This document shows positions 7,915 through 17,322 of a stretch of 33,519 nt of DNA, piece by piece; the stretch's first letter is position 1; each line of letters opens with the position of its first letter. Under the pieces are notes generated by a model. The model did not search any database. It was given only the letters and a program-made list of their open reading frames with translations, and was not told the DNA's origin. The position numbers were made by a program, and so were the translations under genes. The stretch spans positions 1-33,519 of the forward strand of contig JAFUWM010000213.1 in the NCBI GenBank assembly GCA_017483425.1, written 5' to 3'. This DNA comes from Lachnospiraceae bacterium (GTDB lineage: Bacteria; Bacillota; Clostridia; Lachnospirales; Lachnospiraceae).

Positions 7915-8862
7915 ATGTTTGGTAAGAAAAAAGAGATACCTATATATCTGTTTACAGGATTTCTCGAGAGCGGCAAGACACAGTTTATAGCCGAGACCTT
8001 AAAAGACGGTCAGTTCAAAGACGGGAACAAAACGCTTTATATTATATGCGAAGAGGGTGTCGAAGAGATCCCGCAGAGAGTTCTGGATGATAATATGTTT
8101 GTTCCCTGTACGATAGAGAGTGAGGAGGACGTGTCTTTTGATACGTTTATGAAGCTCGATCTCGACTATGATCCTGACCGGGTCATGATAGAGTACAACG
8201 GGACGTGGGATCCGGATAAGGTCATCGAGGCGTTTCCCGAGAACTGGCTTCTCGCTGAGGGGATCTGTACCATAGACGCGACGACCTACCAGGATTATCT
8301 CGCTAATATGAAGCAGATGATGACAAGGCAGTTTACCTACGCGGATCTTGTTATATTCAACAGATGCGACTATTCACAGGATCTTCCGATGTTCAAGCGC
8401 ACGGTCAGGGCGCTGAACCGCAGATCACAGGTCGTATTCGAGATGAAGGACGGCACAATCAATAATAATGTAAAGGAAGAGCTTCCCTACGATATCAATT
8501 CGGATGTCATAGAGGTAGAGGATGATGACTACGGCATATGGTATATTGATGTGTTCGACAATCTCGATACTTACAAGGGTAAGACGGTAAGATTCAAGGG
8601 GGTCGTATATAAGCCGAAGAGAAGCAAGGATGATATATTCGTGCCGGGCAGGTTTGCCATGACCTGCTGTGCCGCGGACATACAGTTTGTGGGCTTTCCC
8701 TGCAAGTGGAAGGACGCGAAGGTATTAAAGGAAAAGACTCCGGTATATGTGACGGCAAAGATCGGCAGTACCGAGACGAATGAGGGAAGCGCGCCCGTTC
8801 TCTATGCAGATGCCGTGGAGATCACTGATCCCCCGGAGGAAGAGGTAGTATACTTCCAGTAA
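7915..8862 (+). CDS. CobW-like P-loop protein with a C-terminal TIGR03943/DUF1980-like (CCxxD) domain
   Basis: N-terminal GFLESGKT, CEEG and NRCD; C-terminal RFAMTCCAADIQF. Confidence 0.8.
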   Translation: MFGKKKEIPIYLFTGFLESGKTQFIAETLKDGQFKDGNKTLYIICEEGVEEIPQRVLDDNMFVPCTIESEEDVSFDTFMKLDLDYDPDRVMIEYNGTWDPDKVIEAFPENWLLAEGICTIDATTYQDYLANMKQMMTRQFTYADLVIFNRCDYSQDLPMFKRTVRALNRRSQVVFEMKDGTINNNVKEELPYDINSDVIEVEDDDYGIWYIDVFDNLDTYKGKTVRFKGVVYKPKRSKDDIFVPGRFAMTCCAADIQFVGFPCKWKDAKVLKEKTPVYVTAKIGSTETNEGSAPVLYADAVEITDPPEEEVVYFQ

Positions 8863-8870
8863 GCTGCCTG

Positions 8871-9554
8871 TCAGATAAAACCCCCGTCTATGGATATTAT
8901 CTGTCCGGTGAGATAGACCGGCATCTCAGAGAGGAGATAAACGGCCTCTGCGACTTCTTCAGGGGTACCCATGCGGCCGGCGGGGATCCTGTCTGTGAGG
9001 TCGGCTCGTTCTTCATCAGAAAAGTTTTTGTTCATATCGGTATCTATCACTCCGGGAGCCAGAGCGTTCACGGCTATGCCGGAGGGCGCCAGTTCTTTCG
9101 CGAGGGCTTTTGTAAAAGCATTTACTCCGCCCTTGGCGGCGGAATAAGCGGATTCGCAGGATGCGCCGTATAGACCCCACACTGATGAAATATTTATAAT
9201 TCGGCCGCTGTGCCGGGATATCATCTTCTTTGCCGCGAAATGCGAGGTATTATATATAGAAGAAAGATCCGTCCTTAATACGTCATTCCATTTCTCAGGG
9301 GTCATATCCTGTATCAGATCAAAACAGGCAATTCCTGCGTTGTTTACAAGCAGATCCACGGAATCCATGTCATTTATGACCTTTTCTATAAAGTCGTGAT
9401 CGCCGGTATCCCCGGTGTAATGTCTGCCTGGGAGACCGGACATAAGATCCGGATTGCTTTTGCATATGAGGAACAGCTCATATTCCTCCTTAAGCCTTTC
9501 GGCGACGGCGTATCCTATTCCTCTCGACGCGCCTGTTACAAGAGCTTTTTTCAT
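8871..9554 (-). CDS. Short-chain dehydrogenase/reductase, FabG-like, probably YmfI (EF-P 5-aminopentanone reductase) type
   Basis: TGASRGIG, NNAG, ISSVWG..GASCE..YSAAK (YxxxK) and PGVIDTDM. The subfamily call is from pattern recognition only. Confidence 0.88.
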   Translation of the reverse strand: MKKALVTGASRGIGYAVAERLKEEYELFLICKSNPDLMSGLPGRHYTGDTGDHDFIEKVINDMDSVDLLVNNAGIACFDLIQDMTPEKWNDVLRTDLSSIYNTSHFAAKKMISRHSGRIINISSVWGLYGASCESAYSAAKGGVNAFTKALAKELAPSGIAVNALAPGVIDTDMNKNFSDEERADLTDRIPAGRMGTPEEVAEAVYLLSEMPVYLTGQIISIDGGFI

Positions 9555-9712
9555 GTGAAAACCTCTTTTTTAAATTTTTGTTAACAATTATTGTTTTTGG
9601 TTTACCATATTTATAACGTTATGTCAACACAAACCCCGATATATTGTGGTTTTATGGTAAAATGTTACAAATATTAACTATTTGAAACCCTTTATTTTCG
9701 GGCATCAAGTAG

Positions 9713-9741
9713 TTGACAAGCATCTGTAATGGTGTTATATT
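9713..9741 (+). promoter_or_regulatory. SigA promoter of the NlpC/P60 gene
   Basis: TTGACA (9713-9718), 17 nt, TATATT (9736-9741), with an extended TG. Confidence 0.75.
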
Positions 9742-9753
9742 CATGCACAGAAT

Positions 9754-9770
9754 TTAACAATCTTGTAACA
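9754..9770 (-). promoter_or_regulatory. WalR-type box
   Basis: Minus strand TGTTAC-AAGAT-TGTTAA is an exact fit to TGTWAH-N5-TGTWAH and lies upstream of a peptidoglycan hydrolase gene. Confidence 0.6.
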
Positions 9771-9835
9771 AAAGATAATTTGAAGTTCGAAATCGATTGA
9801 GCAGATTAGCTTAATGATATAATACGAGGTAATTA

Positions 9836-11419
9836 ATGAGAATAAGATTTACGAAGATAATATGCTCTGTACTTGTGGTGGCTGTGCTTACAGCGGGATC
9901 TACCACAGCGATGGCATCAGACGCGCTTTCTTCTGTTTTTCCTGCCGCGGGCAGTGCCAGAGCTCTTGGCGAGGGAGTTTCGGTCACAACGATCAAGGCT
10001 GATCAGATAAAAAGCAGCAGAGGAACAGATGAATCACAAAAAGCGGTTAAAGAGCTTACTACCGATGCTGTTGTAGAGTCGGTGCTTTCAAAAGCAGGTG
10101 ACAGCATTAATCTGTCGGCAAAGGCATATACTTCATCAAGTACGAGTTCAAAAGCAAGCGATTCATCAAGCGCAGCTTCTATTTCATACACATCCACCGG
10201 TGAGGATGAATCAGAGGAACCATCCACAATTACAAAAACAACATCAACCGAACCTGAGATATTGACGGTCGGCGGCGGCTCTACCGGATCTGCGGTTGAT
10301 GTCATGGCCATGACTCCCGTAGTATCAGCGGTATCAGAAAATGAAGGATCTGCTTCGGAGAATGAGGCTTCAGAGAGTGATTCGGACGATGAGGATGGAT
10401 CTGACGGGGAAGATGTATATGACGGCGAACTTGCCGATGTGTACACGGGAAGCGGTCATTCGGATGAGGACGAGGACTTTACGAATCTTGTCATAGCCCA
10501 GGTTGACGACTATGTAAATGTAAGGTCTGAAGCATCGGAGGAGAGCGAAATCGTAGGAAAACTGTATAATGAATCAGTCGGAGATCTCATCGAGGAGGAA
10601 GGCGACTGGTATAAGATAGAGTCCGGAAGCTGTACCGGTTATGTAAAGGCAGAGTACTGCGTTACGGGTGAAGAGGCTCAGGAGCTCGCCCAGAAGGTAG
10701 GTATAAGGCTTGCAAGAGTTACTACCACCACGCTTTATGTACGGAGTGAGCCTACCAGGGATTCAGAGGTTATAGGTATGGTACCTATAGAGGATGAACT
10801 GCAGGTTCTTACCGAGATGCCCGGATGGGTCAAGGTATCCATAGAGGAAGGTGACGGCTTCGTATCAGATGAGTATGTAAAGCTTCACACAGAGTTTGTC
10901 AGGGCAGAGTCAAAGGCTGAAGAGGAAGCAAGACTCAAGCGCGAAGAGGAAGCCAGAGAAGCTGCAAGAAAGGCTGCGGCAGAGGCTGAGAAGAAGTCAT
11001 CCTCAAAGAAGAAGTCAGCTTCTTCAGGTTCAGGATCCTCAGGCGGCTCTACGTATGTGGCATCCGGCTCGGGAACGGGATCTTCGGTTGCGAATTATGC
11101 ATTACAGTTTGTCGGAAACCCTTATGTATATGGCGGATCTTCTTTGACAAACGGTACAGACTGCTCAGGGTTTGTAATGAGCGTATACAGGAACTTCGGT
11201 GTATCGCTTCCTCACAGCTCCGGTGCTGACAGAAGCGTAGGATATGGCGTAAGCGGAGGTCTTGCAGCGGCACAGCCGGGAGATATAGTATGCTACTCAG
11301 GTCATGTGGGTATCTATATAGGCGGAGGCCAGATAGTACATGCTTCAACGGCGAGCACAGGTATCAAGGTGTCAAATGCTAACTACAGAAGCGTACTGGC
11401 AGTAAGAAGGGTATTCTAA
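9836..11419 (+). CDS. Secreted SH3b-SH3b-NlpC/P60 peptidoglycan endopeptidase
   Basis: Signal peptide, Ser/acidic linker, two SH3b repeats (VNVRSE...WYKIESG..TGYV; LYVRSE...WVKV...GFV), a short coiled coil, and GNPYVYGG...DCSGF...GHVGIY...VHAS. Confidence 0.95.
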   Translation: MRIRFTKIICSVLVVAVLTAGSTTAMASDALSSVFPAAGSARALGEGVSVTTIKADQIKSSRGTDESQKAVKELTTDAVVESVLSKAGDSINLSAKAYTSSSTSSKASDSSSAASISYTSTGEDESEEPSTITKTTSTEPEILTVGGGSTGSAVDVMAMTPVVSAVSENEGSASENEASESDSDDEDGSDGEDVYDGELADVYTGSGHSDEDEDFTNLVIAQVDDYVNVRSEASEESEIVGKLYNESVGDLIEEEGDWYKIESGSCTGYVKAEYCVTGEEAQELAQKVGIRLARVTTTTLYVRSEPTRDSEVIGMVPIEDELQVLTEMPGWVKVSIEEGDGFVSDEYVKLHTEFVRAESKAEEEARLKREEEAREAARKAAAEAEKKSSSKKKSASSGSGSSGGSTYVASGSGTGSSVANYALQFVGNPYVYGGSSLTNGTDCSGFVMSVYRNFGVSLPHSSGADRSVGYGVSGGLAAAQPGDIVCYSGHVGIYIGGGQIVHASTASTGIKVSNANYRSVLAVRRVF

Positions 11420-11450
11420 CCGGAACAAGGCTGGAATAATGTTAAACCAG

Positions 11451-11477
11451 GGGATCGGGCAAGAGCCCGATCCCTTT
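11451..11477 (+). terminator. Intrinsic terminator
   Basis: GGGATCGGGC-AAGA-GCCCGATCCC followed by TTT. Confidence 0.75.
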
Positions 11478-11481
11478 AAAA

Positions 11482-11510
11482 TTGCAAATAAAATCTCTGT
11501 TTGTTATACT
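11482..11510 (+). promoter_or_regulatory. SigA promoter of hpf
   Basis: TTGCAA, 17 nt, TATACT, with an extended TG. Confidence 0.7.
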
Positions 11511-11539
11511 AGATTCATATTGTATTAGGAGGAATCACC

Positions 11540-12067
11540 ATGAAATTTGTCATAGTTGGAAAAAACGTCGATGTGACTCCCAGTCTCAGAGCAAACGTAG
11601 AAGAGAAGATAGGTAAGCTGGAAAAATACTTTTCCCCTGATACGGAGGTGCATGTGACACTTTCCGTTGAGAAAGAGAGACACAAGATCGAGGTGACCAT
11701 TCCGGTCAAGGGAAGTATCATAAGGTCGGAGCAGGTAAGCAACGATATGTATATTTCCATAGACCTTGTCGAGGAGATCATAGAGAGACAGTTAAAGAAG
11801 TATAAGAATAAGATCATAGACAAGGAGCAGGCCTCAGAGTCTTTCAAGAGAGAATACATAGAGCGCGACTATCAGGATGAGGATGAGATAAAGATAGTAA
11901 GGACAAAGCAGTTTGATATGAAGCCTATGTATCCGGAGGATGCCTGCGTCCAGATGGAGCTTCTTGGCCATAGCTTCTATGTGTTTAATAATGCCGAGAC
12001 CGGCGCCGTGAATGTCGTTTATAAAAGAAAGGCCAATACCTACGGCTTGATAGAGCCTGAGATCTGA
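11540..12067 (+). CDS. hpf: Ribosome hibernation promoting factor, long form (HPF/RaiA)
   Basis: GKNVDVT..LR..VEEK, DMYISID...ERQLKKYK, and the C-terminal dimerisation domain KPM..EDA..QMELLGHSF...VVYKRK..YGLIE. Confidence 0.96.
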   Translation: MKFVIVGKNVDVTPSLRANVEEKIGKLEKYFSPDTEVHVTLSVEKERHKIEVTIPVKGSIIRSEQVSNDMYISIDLVEEIIERQLKKYKNKIIDKEQASESFKREYIERDYQDEDEIKIVRTKQFDMKPMYPEDACVQMELLGHSFYVFNNAETGAVNVVYKRKANTYGLIEPEI

Positions 12068-12079
12068 TATGGACAGAGG

Positions 12080-12110
12080 AACTGCCCGGGAAATCCCGGG
12101 CAGTTATTTT
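12080..12110. terminator. Hairpin/terminator between convergent hpf and the small ORF
   Basis: AACTGCCCGGG-AAAT-CCCGGGCAGTT followed by ATTTT. Confidence 0.75.
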
Positions 12111-12115
12111 GAACA

Positions 12116-12253
12116 CTATTCTTTATCTTCTTTCTTAGGTTTATATCGCTCATCTCCGCTTTCTATATACAGCATAAAATCGTTTATCTGTTTTTCTGTC
12201 CATCCGGCTTCTCTTAAGCCAAGTATGAACCGGGTGTTTTCCTGCATATTCAT
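12116..12253 (-). CDS. Small hypothetical protein, 45 aa (not in the ORF track)
   Basis: MNMQENTRFILGLREAGWTEKQINDFMLYIESGDERYKPKKEDKE*. GGAGG lies 6 nt before the ATG. It has its own promoter, TTGCTG-17-TATAAT (12321-12293), and a downstream hairpin. Confidence 0.8.
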   Translation of the reverse strand: MNMQENTRFILGLREAGWTEKQINDFMLYIESGDERYKPKKEDKE

Positions 12254-12308
12254 ACCGCACCTCCCTGCAGACTTTTTTGTACCTACTTACTAATTATACA
12301 AGGAGACA

Positions 12309-12337
12309 TTGAAAACAGCAACCTCGTGTGATAAACT
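12309..12337 (+). promoter_or_regulatory. SigA promoter of the butyryl-CoA operon, overlapping the divergent small-ORF promoter
   Basis: TTGAAA (12309-12314), 17 nt, TAAACT (12332-12337), with an extended TG. Confidence 0.65.
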
Positions 12338-12386
12338 AATACGGCAAGTCTAAAAAAATCATGCATTATATTTAAGGAGGTATTGA

Positions 12387-13580
12387 ATGTCAAAAAAGAT
12401 CGTCTTGGCCGGTGCATGTCGTACTGCGATCGGCACAATGGGAGGTTCACTTTCAACCACACCCGCAGTTAAGCTGGGCTCACTTGTTATCAAAGAGGCT
12501 ATAGAGAGAGCAGGGGTTCCTGCCGACAAGGTAGACCATGTATATATGGGCTGCGTCATACAGGCAGGGCTTGGCCAGAATGTAGCGCGTCAGGCTTCTA
12601 TAGGCGCTAATCTTCCGATAGAGACACCTGCTGTTACTGTGAACGTGGTTTGCGGCTCAGGTCTTAATTCCGTGAATATGGCTGCGCAGATGATACAGGC
12701 AGGCGATGCGGATGTTGTTGTCGCAGGCGGTATGGAAAACATGTCAATGGCTCCTTTTGCCATCCCGAACGGCAGATACGGCTACAGGATGCTGAGACCC
12801 GATCAGAGCCAGGGCGCGCTGATGGATACGATGATAACCGATGCTCTTTGGGATGCTTTTAACGATTACCACATGATCACGACAGCGGATAATATCGCAA
12901 GGCAGTGGAAGCTTACCAGAGAAGAGCTTGACGAGTTTGCGCTTAAGAGTCAGCAGAAGGCATGCGAAGCGATCGAAAAAGGGTACTTCAAGGACGAGAT
13001 AGTTCCCGTAGAAATAAAGAAAAAGAAAGAAACCGTTGTATTTGATACAGATGAAGGCCCGAGGCAGGGTTCTACGATAGAGGGACTCGCAAAGCTCCGT
13101 CCTATCAATCCCGACGGCTTCGTAACCGCCGGAAACGCATCCGGAATAAATGACGGCGCGGCTGCGGTCGTCGTTATGACAGAGGAGAAGGCTAAAGAGC
13201 TCGGAGTGACACCTATGGCTGAGTTCGTGGCAGGCGCTCTTGCAGGCGTTGATCCTTCGATAATGGGCATCGGTCCCGTGGCAGCGACAAAGAAGGTTAT
13301 GGCAAAGACAGGCATGACGATAGACGATTTTGATATATATGAGGCAAACGAGGCATTTGCCGCACAGTCTGTAGCGGTGGGAAAGGATCTCGGATTTGAT
13401 CTGAGCAAGCTGAACCTTGCGGGCGGAGCCATAGCTCTCGGACATCCCGTAGGGGCATCCGGCGCACGTATACTTGTGACACTGCTTCACAATATGAAGC
13501 GTACAGGAGCAAAGACCGGTCTTGCTACGCTCTGCATCGGCGGCGGCATGGGTTGCGCTACAGTGGTTAAGGCTATTTAA
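12387..13580 (+). CDS. thlA: Acetyl-CoA acetyltransferase (thiolase)
   Basis: [29 protein letters not shown] and LCIGGGMG. Confidence 0.98.
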   Translation: MSKKIVLAGACRTAIGTMGGSLSTTPAVKLGSLVIKEAIERAGVPADKVDHVYMGCVIQAGLGQNVARQASIGANLPIETPAVTVNVVCGSGLNSVNMAAQMIQAGDADVVVAGGMENMSMAPFAIPNGRYGYRMLRPDQSQGALMDTMITDALWDAFNDYHMITTADNIARQWKLTREELDEFALKSQQKACEAIEKGYFKDEIVPVEIKKKKETVVFDTDEGPRQGSTIEGLAKLRPINPDGFVTAGNASGINDGAAAVVVMTEEKAKELGVTPMAEFVAGALAGVDPSIMGIGPVAATKKVMAKTGMTIDDFDIYEANEAFAAQSVAVGKDLGFDLSKLNLAGGAIALGHPVGASGARILVTLLHNMKRTGAKTGLATLCIGGGMGCATVVKAI

Positions 13581-13591
13581 GGAGACAAACA

Positions 13592-14386
13592 ATGGGATTT
13601 GTAGATTACGAAGTAAAAGGCAATTATGCCGTTATCACGATCAACAGGGAAAAGGCATTAAATGCTCTGAATTCCGAAGTTCTTGAGGATCTGGACAAGG
13701 TGCTTGACGGGATAGACCTTGATACCGTAAGAGCAGTAGTTCTCACGGGCGCGGGAGAGAAATCCTTTGTCGCGGGCGCTGACATAGGAGAGATGAGCAC
13801 GCTTACAAAGGCCGAGGGAGAAGCCTTTGGCAAAAAGGGTAATGATATCTTCCGCAAGATCGAGACCTATCCTATACCGTTCATAGCTGCTATAAACGGC
13901 TTTGCTCTGGGCGGTGGCTGTGAGATCTCCATGAGCTGTGATATCAGGATCGCATCGGAGAATGCGGTATTCGGACAGCCTGAGGTGGGACTTGGCATCA
14001 CTCCCGGCTTCGGAGGCACACAGAGGCTCGCGCGCCTTGTCGGCCCCGGAATGGCAAAGCAGCTTATATATACGGCTCGCAATATCAAGGCTGACGAGGC
14101 TCTCCGCATAGGTCTTGTCAACGCGGTTTATCCGGCGGAGGAGCTTATGGGTGAAGCTGAGAAGCTTGCGGGTACGATCGCGGGCAATGCTCCCATAGCA
14201 GTCCGCGCCTGCAAAAAGGCGATAAATGAAGGCCTTGAGCTTCCGATGGATGAAGCTATCGCTCTTGAGGAGAAGCTTTTCGGCTCTTGCTTCGAGTCAG
14301 AGGATCAGAGGGAGGGCATGGCGAACTTCCTCAGGAAAAAGGATGATCCCGCCAAGGTTAAGCACGTAGATTTCAAAAACAAATAA
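13592..14386 (+). CDS. crt: Crotonase (3-hydroxybutyryl-CoA dehydratase)
   Basis: FVAGADI, GFALGGGCE and PEVGLGITPGFGGTQRL; operon context. Confidence 0.97.
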   Translation: MGFVDYEVKGNYAVITINREKALNALNSEVLEDLDKVLDGIDLDTVRAVVLTGAGEKSFVAGADIGEMSTLTKAEGEAFGKKGNDIFRKIETYPIPFIAAINGFALGGGCEISMSCDIRIASENAVFGQPEVGLGITPGFGGTQRLARLVGPGMAKQLIYTARNIKADEALRIGLVNAVYPAEELMGEAEKLAGTIAGNAPIAVRACKKAINEGLELPMDEAIALEEKLFGSCFESEDQREGMANFLRKKDDPAKVKHVDFKNK

Positions 14387-14419
14387 AGAATATCAAGATA
14401 TATTTTTAAGGAGGTAAAA

Positions 14420-15295
14420 ATGAAGGTAGCGGTTATTGGTGCCGGAACAATGGGGCAGGGTATCGCAAAAGCGTTCGCGCAGTGTGACGATTTTGACAAG
14501 GTTTATCTTTGCGATATCAAGACTGAGTTTGCCGAGGGCGGACTTGCAAAGATCAAGAAAGGCTATGAGAAGCTTGTATCAAAGGGCAAACTCGAGCAGG
14601 GTATGGCGGACGCGTATCTTGCAAAGTTTGAGACAGGCCTCAACTCCATAGCTACAGACCCCGATCTCGTAGTCGAGGCGGCACTTGAGGTTATGCAGAT
14701 CAAGCAGGACTGCTTCAAGGATCTGATGGAAAACATAGTGAAGAACGAGAACTGCATTTTCGCGTCAAACACGTCTTCTCTTTCTATCACGGAGATAGGG
14801 GCAGGACTTCCCAAGCCCATTATAGGTATGCATTTCTTTAATCCGGCAGATCGGATGAAGCTTATAGAGGTCATAGCGGGCGCGAATACACCGGCTGATC
14901 TTGTAGAGAAAGTAAATGATATCTCCGTCAAGCTTGGCAAGACTCCCGTACAGGTAAACGAGGCTCCCGGCTTCGTAGTAAACAGGATACTCATCCCGCT
15001 TATCAATGAGGGTATATTCGTTTATTCGGAGGGGATATCGGATATAGAGGGAATAGACAACGCCATGAAGCTTGGCTGCAATCATCCCATGGGACCCCTT
15101 GAGCTCGGTGATTACGTAGGACTTGATATAGTGCTTGCCATTATGGAGACCCTTTACGACGAGACAGGCGATTCCAAGTATCGTCCGGCTCCGCTGCTCA
15201 AAAAGATGGTAAGAGGCAAGAAGCTTGGTGTCAAGACAGGCATAGGCTTCTACGACTATGCTGACGGCGGCAAGGTACCGACAGATAAGAAATAA
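14420..15295 (+). CDS. hbd: 3-hydroxybutyryl-CoA dehydrogenase
   Basis: GAGTMG, SNTSS, GMHFFNP, PGFVVNR and HPMGP. Confidence 0.97.
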   Translation: MKVAVIGAGTMGQGIAKAFAQCDDFDKVYLCDIKTEFAEGGLAKIKKGYEKLVSKGKLEQGMADAYLAKFETGLNSIATDPDLVVEAALEVMQIKQDCFKDLMENIVKNENCIFASNTSSLSITEIGAGLPKPIIGMHFFNPADRMKLIEVIAGANTPADLVEKVNDISVKLGKTPVQVNEAPGFVVNRILIPLINEGIFVYSEGISDIEGIDNAMKLGCNHPMGPLELGDYVGLDIVLAIMETLYDETGDSKYRPAPLLKKMVRGKKLGVKTGIGFYDYADGGKVPTDKK

Positions 15296-15327
15296 GGCTT
15301 AATAATACACACGGAGGATAATTGATC

Positions 15328-16494
15328 ATGGATTTTACTTTACCAAAGGAACATGAGATGGCGAGACAGCTCTTTAAGGATTTCGCCGAGAACGAAGTAA
15401 AGCCGCTTGCACAGGAGATCGACGAGGAGCACAGGTTCCCCAGAGAGACTGTCGAGAAGATGGCTAAGTACGGCTTCATGGGCATACCTGTACCCAAGGA
15501 ATACGGCGGGCAGGGTTGTGACACTCTGACATACGCTATGTGCGTGGAGGAGCTTTCAAAGGTATGCGGTACGACAGGAGTTATCGTATCAGCGCATACA
15601 TCACTCTGCATCGATCCTATCCTTACTTTCGGTACAGAAGAGCAGAAGCAGAAGTACGTGGTACCGCTTGCAAAGGGAGAGAAGCTCGGAGCATTCGGCC
15701 TTACCGAGCCCGGCGCGGGTACAGATGCACAGGGTCAGCAGACCAAGGCTGTAGAGGACGGAGACGAGTGGGTATTAAACGGCTCCAAGTGCTTCATCAC
15801 AAACGGTAAGGAAGCGGATGTTTATGTTATATTCGCGGTTACCGGTAAGATTGAGAAGCGCGGAAGGATGATGAAAGAGATTTCTGCTTTCATCGTTGAG
15901 AAAGGTACACCCGGCTTTACATTCGGAACCAAGGAGAACAAGATGGGTATCTGCGGTTCGGCTACATACGAGCTTATATTCACGGACTGCCGAATCCCCA
16001 AGGAGAATCTTCTCGGACAGCGCGGCAAGGGCTTCAACATCGCTATGCACACGCTCGACGGCGGACGTATCGGTATAGCTGCCCAGGCATTAGGACTTGC
16101 AGGCGGCGCACTGGAGAATACGATCAATTACGTAAAGGAAAGGAAGCAGTTCGGCAAGGCTATCGGACAGTTCCAGAACACCCAGTTCCAGCTTGCAGAT
16201 ATGGCGACCAAGGTTGAGGCGGCAAAGCTTCTCGTATACAAGGCTGCAAGGAAGAAAGACGAATACAAGAAGGATCCCAAGGTTTCTTATTCCGTAGAAG
16301 CCGCTATGGCAAAGCTCTGTGCGGCTGAGGTTGCTATGGAAGTCACGACCAAGGCGGTACAGCTTCACGGCGGTTACGGCTACATCAGGGAATACGATGT
16401 AGAGAGAATGATGCGCGACGCTAAGATAACAGAGATCTATGAAGGAACCAGCGAGGTTCAGAGAATGGTCATCTCTGCGGCACTGCTGAAGTAA
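15328..16494 (+). CDS. bcd: Butyryl-CoA dehydrogenase
   Basis: AFGLTEPGAGTD, LNGSKCFITN, RKQFG, QLHGGYG and IYEGTSEVQ. Start set at ATG 15328. Confidence 0.97.
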   Translation: MDFTLPKEHEMARQLFKDFAENEVKPLAQEIDEEHRFPRETVEKMAKYGFMGIPVPKEYGGQGCDTLTYAMCVEELSKVCGTTGVIVSAHTSLCIDPILTFGTEEQKQKYVVPLAKGEKLGAFGLTEPGAGTDAQGQQTKAVEDGDEWVLNGSKCFITNGKEADVYVIFAVTGKIEKRGRMMKEISAFIVEKGTPGFTFGTKENKMGICGSATYELIFTDCRIPKENLLGQRGKGFNIAMHTLDGGRIGIAAQALGLAGGALENTINYVKERKQFGKAIGQFQNTQFQLADMATKVEAAKLLVYKAARKKDEYKKDPKVSYSVEAAMAKLCAAEVAMEVTTKAVQLHGGYGYIREYDVERMMRDAKITEIYEGTSEVQRMVISAALLK

Positions 16495-16521
16495 GAATAA
16501 AGGTAAAGGAGTATAGATACA

Positions 16522-17307
16522 ATGAAAGTTATCGTTTGTATAAAGCAGGTACCGGATACCAAGGGCGGAGTCAAGTTTAATCCTGACGGTACACTGGACA
16601 GAGGAGCAATGCTTGCCATCATGAATCCTGACGATAAGGCGGGACTTGAGGCGGCTTTAAGACTTAAGGATCAGTACGGCGCGGAGGTCACGGTTCTCAC
16701 AATGGGACTTCCCAAGGCTGACGCTGTACTCAGAGAAGCTCTTGCTATGGGCGCAGACAAGGCAATCCTTGTCACAGACAGAGTACTCGGCGGCGCTGAT
16801 ACATGGGCAACATCTTCAACTATCGCAGGCGCACTCAGAAACCTTGAGTATGATCTCATCATCACAGGCCGTCAGGCTATCGACGGCGACACGGCGCAGG
16901 TCGGACCTCAGATCGCGGAGCATCTTAATATCCCTGTAATATCCTATGCGCAGGAGATAAAGATCGATGGCGATAAGGTAATCGTAAAGAGGCAGTATGA
17001 CGACAGGTATCACATGCTCGAGGTAAAGATGCCTTGTCTTATCACGGCTCTTTCAGAGCTCAATGATCCCAGATATATGACTCCCGGCGGAATCTTTGAC
17101 GCGGTCGCTGCGGATATCACGACATGGGGAAGGGCTGACCTTAAGGATGTGGATGATGCAAACCTTGGACTCGCAGGCTCACCTACAAAGATCGCAAAGG
17201 CTTCCGACAAGGTAAGAAAAGGAGCAGGCGAGAAGGTTGTCCCCGACACACCGGAGGATGCAGTTAAGTATATCATCGGCAAGCTCGATGAAAAGCACGT
17301 CATCTAA
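16522..17307 (+). CDS. etfB: Electron transfer flavoprotein beta subunit
   Basis: VCIKQVPDT, GADTWATS, GRQAIDGDTAQVG and GLAGSPT. Confidence 0.97.
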   Translation: MKVIVCIKQVPDTKGGVKFNPDGTLDRGAMLAIMNPDDKAGLEAALRLKDQYGAEVTVLTMGLPKADAVLREALAMGADKAILVTDRVLGGADTWATSSTIAGALRNLEYDLIITGRQAIDGDTAQVGPQIAEHLNIPVISYAQEIKIDGDKVIVKRQYDDRYHMLEVKMPCLITALSELNDPRYMTPGGIFDAVAADITTWGRADLKDVDDANLGLAGSPTKIAKASDKVRKGAGEKVVPDTPEDAVKYIIGKLDEKHVI

Positions 17308-17322
17308 GGGAGGTAAAATCAA

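Noticed and set aside
12069-12293. 74-aa + strand ORF after hpf
   Set aside because: It crosses the terminator hairpin and lacks an RBS; the opposite strand carries a better-supported 45-aa gene.
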